From a virus: a stretch of DNA of 64,000 nucleotides. The stretch is taken from positions 1-64,000 of the IMG/VR virus record IMGVR_UViG_3300029324_000094; one strand, given 5' to 3'. The notes below the pieces were generated by a model. That model saw only the letters and a program-made list of their open reading frames with translations, was not told the origin of the DNA and ran no database searches. This document shows positions 59,046 to 64,000 of this stretch, one piece after another (the stretch's first letter is position 1; the number at the start of each line of letters is the position of its first letter). Both the position numbers and the translations under genes were made by a program.

Positions 59046-59288
59046 GTGAAAAAGAAAGTTAAATTCACATGTTCCAAATTATCGGAAGGCTTCATTTCCG
59101 AATGTGAAGTTGAAAACGTTAGTGATTTTGAGAATCCAAATCTATTCAAAGTCACTACTGTTTACAATCAGAGTTGTCCTCTGTATCAGTTGAAGAAATG
59201 TCCTTCGCTCGACTGCGCACTGGCACAGGGCGATGTGATGGATTATTACAGTCATTCTGACTCAAATTCGATTGACTGCAAAAGATAG
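59046..59288 (+). CDS. Small Cys-rich protein (GTG start), plus strand
   Basis: AAAGGAGG RBS then GTG. VKKKVKFTCSKL..SEC..CPLYQLKKCPSLDC. Overlaps the 3' end of minus-strand ORF 59155..59466 antisense. Confidence 0.4.
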   Translation: MKKKVKFTCSKLSEGFISECEVENVSDFENPNLFKVTTVYNQSCPLYQLKKCPSLDCALAQGDVMDYYSHSDSNSIDCKR

Positions 59289-59466
59289 CTCGCTTCACTG
59301 TCATTTCCGGGGATTCACCCATCTTTGCCTTAAACTTGAATCCTCGGAGATTTTCAATTTTTTCCCCATCGACATAAACTCTTACCGGTTCTGTATCGAC
59401 AAACTTTCCTTTTTCTCCGATGTGGATAACAATTTCCTTTAATGGTTCATATCCTAATTCGTTCAT
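59155..59466 (-). CDS. Hypothetical protein with MNEL N-terminus; C-terminal third may be antisense read-through
   Basis: The first 58 aa or so look protein-like; the remainder overlaps the plus-strand gene. Confidence 0.35.
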   Translation of the reverse strand: MNELGYEPLKEIVIHIGEKGKFVDTEPVRVYVDGEKIENLRGFKFKAKMGESPEMTVKRAIFCSQSNLSQNDCNNPSHRPVPVRSRAKDISSTDTEDNSDCKQ

Positions 59467-59475
59467 CTTTCTCCT

Positions 59476-59487
59476 TTCTGTGATATA
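59476..59487 (+). promoter_or_regulatory. Extended -10 promoter TGTGATATAAT (copy 2)
   Basis: Lies in the duplicated module 59455..59515, upstream of 59508..59768. Confidence 0.4.
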
Positions 59488-59507
59488 ATCACCCTGGAGG
59501 TGATATT

Positions 59508-59768
59508 ATGAAATTTTTCATTTACTGCGATTTCTCGACTTTAAAATGTACAAAATTTGAGTTTGCTAAAAAACTTCAAACTATTTCAACAAATTTCTGT
59601 AATATTAATGATTTCTTTTGGGAAATAGAAATTAATGAATTATCTCTTATTCCTTATTCAGATAATTCTTGCGAAACTATCTATCATCAATTGGAAGATT
59701 TTGTTGATTCGCACAGCATTCTTAAAGTTTTCAAAGTTGAAGAATCTTTCGGCAATGAAGCTCCATAG
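59508..59768 (+). CDS. Small hypothetical protein, plus strand
   Basis: GGAGGTGATATT then ATG; 86 aa. Its 3' end overlaps minus-strand ORF 59687..59959. Confidence 0.4.
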   Translation: MKFFIYCDFSTLKCTKFEFAKKLQTISTNFCNINDFFWEIEINELSLIPYSDNSCETIYHQLEDFVDSHSILKVFKVEESFGNEAP

Positions 59769-59959
59769 AGAGCAGCCTGCCGTTCTTCGTTTGTCATGCA
59801 CCGGATTTTTAACTCTTCTTCGGATAAAGTATTTTGTGGATTCGGGCGAATCATTTTTCTTAACAACTCTTTTGATTTGTCCGTATCCAGTTCTTTTAGA
59901 TACAGCATGATTTCTCGCACGAGTTCAATGTCGTATTTAACCATTCGATTTTTAAGCAT
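59687..59959 (-). CDS. Hypothetical helical protein
   Basis: 90 aa ORF. Confidence 0.35.
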   Translation of the reverse strand: MLKNRMVKYDIELVREIMLYLKELDTDKSKELLRKMIRPNPQNTLSEEELKIRCMTNEERQAALYGASLPKDSSTLKTLRMLCESTKSSN

Positions 59960-59979
59960 TTACTTTTACTTTCTCCTTT

Positions 59980-60168
59980 CTACTCTTCCAGGAAATACTC
60001 AATAGTTACTCCGAAGTAGTCAGCAATTTTCTTTAATTTATCTACTTTCGGCTTACTTTTACCGGACTTCCAATCAGAAAAAACTGTTGTTGACAAGCCA
60101 GTGTCTTTTGCAACTCTATATGTAGAAATTCCTCTTGCTTTTACGAGTCGCTCAAATTTTTCGTACAT
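59980..60168 (-). CDS. Cro-like XRE-family HTH regulator
   Basis: 62 aa with an HTH (STYRVAKDTGLSTTVFSDWKSG), divergent from the cI-like gene. Confidence 0.7.
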   Translation of the reverse strand: MYEKFERLVKARGISTYRVAKDTGLSTTVFSDWKSGKSKPKVDKLKKIADYFGVTIEYFLEE

Positions 60169-60759
60169 TTCAATCCTCCTTTCTTGAAAATAGCTAGGAT
60201 ATCCTGTATAATAAGTTTAGCCTTAGTTAAGGTAGAAAGTAGGTGTTGCCAGTGAAAGCAATATTGAATCTGCCCTGTTCCTACATAATCATGATGCGTA
60301 AGGCTGAGTTTTGAGCGGAACAAAAACCGCTAAAGTGAGTGGTACACCACAGAAGCTTTTTGATTACTTTAGGCATGATTCCATAACTTCTGTAAAATGT
60401 GTAGAGAAACACGTAATAATTCGCTAGTCAGAAACAAGGTATAAGCACAGAGAAGTGCAATCCTCTTGGAGAATAATCGCGGCTTTGGGTTATGGTTCAT
60501 TGCAGTGTACGTAGGTAAACAAATTTTGAGGAGAGACTTTGTGTGAGCGTATATGCGCTAAAGTAATCGCACGAAGTCTTTTTCTTTTTATCCTAACTTT
60601 TTATTGAAATTAGTTAGAAAATCCTATATAATGTAATCAGGCAAAATTATTTATTCAAAACCTAGGATTTTCTAACTTGTATCCTCATTATACTTAGGAT
60701 ACTCTAGTTTGTCAACGACTTTTTTAGGATTTTCTAGTTTTTATTGAGGAGTGTAACTA
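60169..60759. promoter_or_regulatory. Lysis-lysogeny switch intergenic region with operator repeats
   Basis: TAGGATTTTCTA occurs three times (60617..60628 inverted, 60663..60674, 60725..60736). Palindromes CTAGGATATCCTG (60193..60205) and CTTAGGATACTCTAG (60690..60704). Several TATAAT-like boxes. Confidence 0.5.
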
Positions 60760-61134
60760 ATGTATGAAATATTTGAGAGATTATTAAAAGAAAAAGGGTT
60801 AAAAGCAGCGGATGTTGTAAGAGGGACTGGGATAAAGTCCCCCGTGTTTTCCGAATGGAAAAAAGGAAAAAGCAACCCAAATACTGAAAAAATGCTTAAA
60901 ATAGCAAATTTTCTTAATGTAACTGTTGAATACCTTATGACAGGGGAAGACCCAAAAGCCGACTCTCCCTCTCAAGGCTACTACATTGATGAAGAGACAG
61001 CTCGTACAGCACAGGAAATCTACAGCAATGATAAGATTCTCTTTGACGTATACAAAACCGCAGATAAAGACAGATTGATAGCGTACGCCAAAAAGTTATC
61101 TGAATTGCGAAAATTAGAGGAAGGTGAGGAATGA
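60760..61134 (+). CDS. cI-like XRE-family repressor
   Basis: N-terminal HTH (KAADVVRGTGIKSPVFSEWKKG) and a C-terminal extension. Confidence 0.7.
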   Translation: MYEIFERLLKEKGLKAADVVRGTGIKSPVFSEWKKGKSNPNTEKMLKIANFLNVTVEYLMTGEDPKADSPSQGYYIDEETARTAQEIYSNDKILFDVYKTADKDRLIAYAKKLSELRKLEEGEE

Positions 61135-61431
61135 TTGTATTACAAAGGATATTATATAAATGTAGTAATACTCGATGAATCCTATGGTGTTCCGGGATGC
61201 GTAAGACATAATTCTGATGATTCTTACACGATATTCATAGATGCATCATTAAACTACGAAAAACAGCATGAAGTGTTTTTGCATGAAATAAGACATATTT
61301 TAGGTGACGATTTCAGTGAATCCGATGTGCAAATGATAGAAATGAAGAACCATATGCATGATTACTGCATAGAAGTTTCAGCAGAGATTTTCCCATACAC
61401 GCAAAGAATAAAGATTGTAACTGCTAATTAA
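61135..61431 (+). CDS. ImmA/IrrE-family metallopeptidase (anti-repressor protease)
   Basis: HEVFLHEIRHIL (HExxH); directly follows the repressor gene. Confidence 0.6.
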   Translation: MYYKGYYINVVILDESYGVPGCVRHNSDDSYTIFIDASLNYEKQHEVFLHEIRHILGDDFSESDVQMIEMKNHMHDYCIEVSAEIFPYTQRIKIVTAN

Positions 61432-61478
61432 CAATACTTAAAATATAAGATTTATTATAAACAGAGGAGAAAATAATT

Positions 61479-62219
61479 TTGAGTGACTGCACATTATATA
61501 TCGATGAAGCCGGAGATTTAGGAACGGGGAAAGGATCTGATTGGTTTATTCTATCCGGAGCTATAGTAAATAAGGAAGACGAACAAGAAATCAGAGATAC
61601 AATAAAGAATATTCGTGTAAAATTAAATATCAATGAAATACATTTTAGAAAAATGATAAGTTTTGATAAGAAAGCATACGCAGTATCTGAATTATCTAAA
61701 TGTAATTTTGAATACATAACTGTAGTAGCTGATACAAATAAGTTAAATTTGTCGAAGTTTCACTCTGCTCCTACCCAACGCCCAAGTATGATTTTCTATA
61801 ATCATATTTGTCGATTTTTAATTGAACGAGCTTCTTGGTTATTAAGGGATACAGGAAGAACTGCCAATATCGTATTATCCAGTAGAGGAACGAACCGAGA
61901 TGCAGAACTAATAGAATACATAAAGAAAATAATCACATACAGAAATAACAATATTGAATCTCGTTTTAGTGGGATATGTGCAAAACCAGCATCATCTTGG
62001 GATATGTTACAGCTTGCAGATGTGTGTGCTACATCAATGTATAACATGTACCAAGTAAATGGACTCGGATTCACAACTCCGTGCTACGCACGCAAATTGC
62101 AATCTCATTTATACAGACATAATGGAAAAACACTTCTAAAATATGGCATGAAATATTATGATGATGCAATGGCACCTGATAAAAATTATTTCAAAGATCA
62201 TACGATTTGCAATAGATAA
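61479..62219 (+). CDS. DUF3800-family protein
   Basis: N-terminal LYIDEAGDLG is the characteristic DUF3800 start. Confidence 0.55.
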   Translation: MSDCTLYIDEAGDLGTGKGSDWFILSGAIVNKEDEQEIRDTIKNIRVKLNINEIHFRKMISFDKKAYAVSELSKCNFEYITVVADTNKLNLSKFHSAPTQRPSMIFYNHICRFLIERASWLLRDTGRTANIVLSSRGTNRDAELIEYIKKIITYRNNNIESRFSGICAKPASSWDMLQLADVCATSMYNMYQVNGLGFTTPCYARKLQSHLYRHNGKTLLKYGMKYYDDAMAPDKNYFKDHTICNR

Positions 62220-62459
62220 TATAGATATAGAAAAAACCCCCAGCACGACTACCACAGGTCAAGCCTGCTGGTGATTACACCCTCGCGTTATCTGGCGGCG
62301 TTCTTTCTAAGATTATTATAATTCAGCCAGTTATAAATGTCAACAAACATTTGTTCTGGAATACTTAAATTGGTATAACCGCCTAGTGCGATTATATATA
62401 AAACGTGTGGTGCGTTTAAGAACAGGTTCTTATCAAAAGAGAAAGAGAGGAAAAAAGAA

Positions 62460-62813
62460 ATGAAAACTTGGAAACTTGTATCAGGAATACTGTCAATTAT
62501 TTTATTTGCAGTAGTCAGTATGCAGTCATGTGCTGTAGGAATTGGGAACACGTTGCAAGACAATGGAGAAGTTGGTGGTTCGGCTGGAATTATTGTTGCT
62601 ATACTTCTTCTTGCAGGAGGAATTGTATCTATCGTTACACGAAACGGTGGAAAAGGTGGCAACATTGCATTAATCGTGCTGTTTGGACTTGCTGCACTCT
62701 GCGGTTTTACTATGGGAGGAAGTTATAGTGATTTAACTATATGGTCTGCATGGTGCTTAATTTGTGCAATACTTGCAATTATTTCTATCGTGAAAAAGCC
62801 TAAAAATCAGTGA
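62460..62813 (+). CDS. Four-TM small membrane protein
   Basis: 117 aa, Gly-rich TM helices, behind an A/G-rich RBS. Confidence 0.5.
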   Translation: MKTWKLVSGILSIILFAVVSMQSCAVGIGNTLQDNGEVGGSAGIIVAILLLAGGIVSIVTRNGGKGGNIALIVLFGLAALCGFTMGGSYSDLTIWSAWCLICAILAIISIVKKPKNQ

Positions 62814-62831
62814 TTTGATAGTTGCATTATA

Positions 62832-63025
62832 TGAATAAATACGTCTATGACAACAACCTTGCACATTATACGCAAAAAGAATTGAATGCCTATGCGAAGA
62901 TGGTTCACAAAACTATTGGAAATGGCATACATATTCCTGGACACTTCCAAACATTAGACGAAGACTTGCAGAACAAAGTTATGGACATTAACCGTGAGAT
63001 GTATTTGAGATCTCACAGTCAATAA
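62832..63025 (+). CDS. Small hypothetical protein
   Basis: About 64 aa (MNKYVYDNN...), followed by the hairpin CCGCCCCTT..AAGGAGCGG. Confidence 0.3.
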
Positions 63026-63220
63026 AACAAAAACCGCCCCTTCGCCAAAAGGAGCGGAATGTTGAAGAAACACACGCAAATATGTTTCTTCCAGTACTCC
63101 GAAGAGATACCATTAATTGCCAATGAATATTGTATCATCTTCGGACAGCCAATGCAATCAGAACAGCCGTTCTGTGTTGGTTGTATTTTTTATACCCATT
63201 TTTAAGGAGGATGATTTTTT

Positions 63221-64000
63221 ATGACAGAAAACCAAGAAAAAATAGTAGCACTATACGTCCGTGTATCGACTGGCTATCAGGTGGACAAGGACTCCCTCCC
63301 ATTCCAGAAGAAAGAATTGAAAGCATACTGCGAACACGTATTGCACATCGACAAAAAGCGAATAGAGATATTTGAAGATGCGGGAAAATCAGGAAAGAAC
63401 ACGAAGCGTCCGGCATTTGAACGAATGATGAACAAGATAAAAGCCGGGCAAGTATCTCATGTAATCGTTTACAAGATTGACCGCATATCTCGTAACCTTG
63501 TAGACTTCTCTCTCATGTACGATGATTTCAAGTACAACAACGTCACGTTCATATCTCTGAACGAGCAATTTGATACCTCTAGTGCAATCGGAGAAGCTAT
63601 CCTTAAAATTATATTAGTGTTCGCTGAATTGGAGCGTAAGCTTACGTCAGAGCGTGTTAAAGACGTAATGATAGGACGTGCGAAGAACGTTCAGTGGAAT
63701 GGGGCAAGGGTTCCGTATGGATGGGATTGGGATGAAAAAAATAAATGCCCGGTACATTCCGATAAAGAAGCTCCTTACGTGAGAACTATGTATCAAATGT
63801 ATTTAGATGGCGGGTCAACGATCACTATAAGGAATTACAACAACTCTCACAACATCCCTACAAAACGAGGCGGTGAATGGACATCAAAAACTGTAGCTGA
63901 TCTTTTGAGAAATCCAATGAATAGAGGTGATTACCGGTACAATTATCGAGAAAGCTCACGAGGACGTAAAAAACCGGCGGAAGAAGTCATCTACATTAAA
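63221..64000 (+). CDS. int: Large serine recombinase (integrase), N-terminal part; continues past the window end
   Basis: Resolvase catalytic domain (VALYVRVSTGYQ with the Ser nucleophile, VIVYKIDRISRN) followed by a recombinase domain. No stop codon within the window. Confidence 0.8.
   Translation, partial: MTENQEKIVALYVRVSTGYQVDKDSLPFQKKELKAYCEHVLHIDKKRIEIFEDAGKSGKNTKRPAFERMMNKIKAGQVSHVIVYKIDRISRNLVDFSLMYDDFKYNNVTFISLNEQFDTSSAIGEAILKIILVFAELERKLTSERVKDVMIGRAKNVQWNGARVPYGWDWDEKNKCPVHSDKEAPYVRTMYQMYLDGGSTITIRNYNNSHNIPTKRGGEWTSKTVADLLRNPMNRGDYRYNYRESSRGRKKPAEEVIYIK

Overview
The window is almost entirely one temperate siphovirus-type prophage of a low-GC Firmicute, probably Clostridia. It runs from about position 1054 to beyond 64000 and is flanked on the left by a host miaB-like radical-SAM methylthiotransferase (1..1053, minus strand). 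The minus strand carries the lytic programme, read right to left: Cro-like regulator, antirepressors, a recombination module (SbcC/Rad50-like ATPase, RecT, MBL-fold hydrolase, SSB), a replication module (replisome organiser, primase-helicase), many small early genes, an anti-restriction island (Lar, Dcm C5-methyltransferase carrying an intein, HNH/NUMOD4 homing endonuclease, N6A/N4C methyltransferase), an array of eight tRNA or tRNA-like genes, then packaging, head and tail genes (large terminase carrying an intein, portal, MuF, scaffold, major capsid, connectors, major tail protein, G/GT chaperones, 1626-aa tape measure with an SLT domain, Dit/Tal, fibres) and a lysis cassette (holin, GH25 endolysin with 2x CW_7 and LysM). 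The plus strand carries the presumed lysogeny-expressed genes: cI-like repressor with an ImmA protease, a DUF3800 protein, a 4-TM membrane protein, a large serine integrase (truncated at the window end), two small Cys-rich genes with extended -10 promoters, and a compact seven-gene cassette (31432..33400) under a near-consensus sigma-70 promoter. The most unusual items are: two LAGLIDADG inteins (in the terminase P-loop and in the Dcm PCQ motif); an iteron/palindrome block inside the replisome-organiser gene with a diverged non-coding copy 19 kb away; an SPFH gene carrying both an A7-tract frameshift and an in-frame TAG, next to a tRNA array that contains atypical tRNAs; an AT-rich pair of a membrane protein and a minimal nucleotidyltransferase-fold protein; and the plus-strand cassette of small genes of unknown function. 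No CRISPR array was seen. Every call is from reading the sequence and ORF translations by eye; no searches were run.
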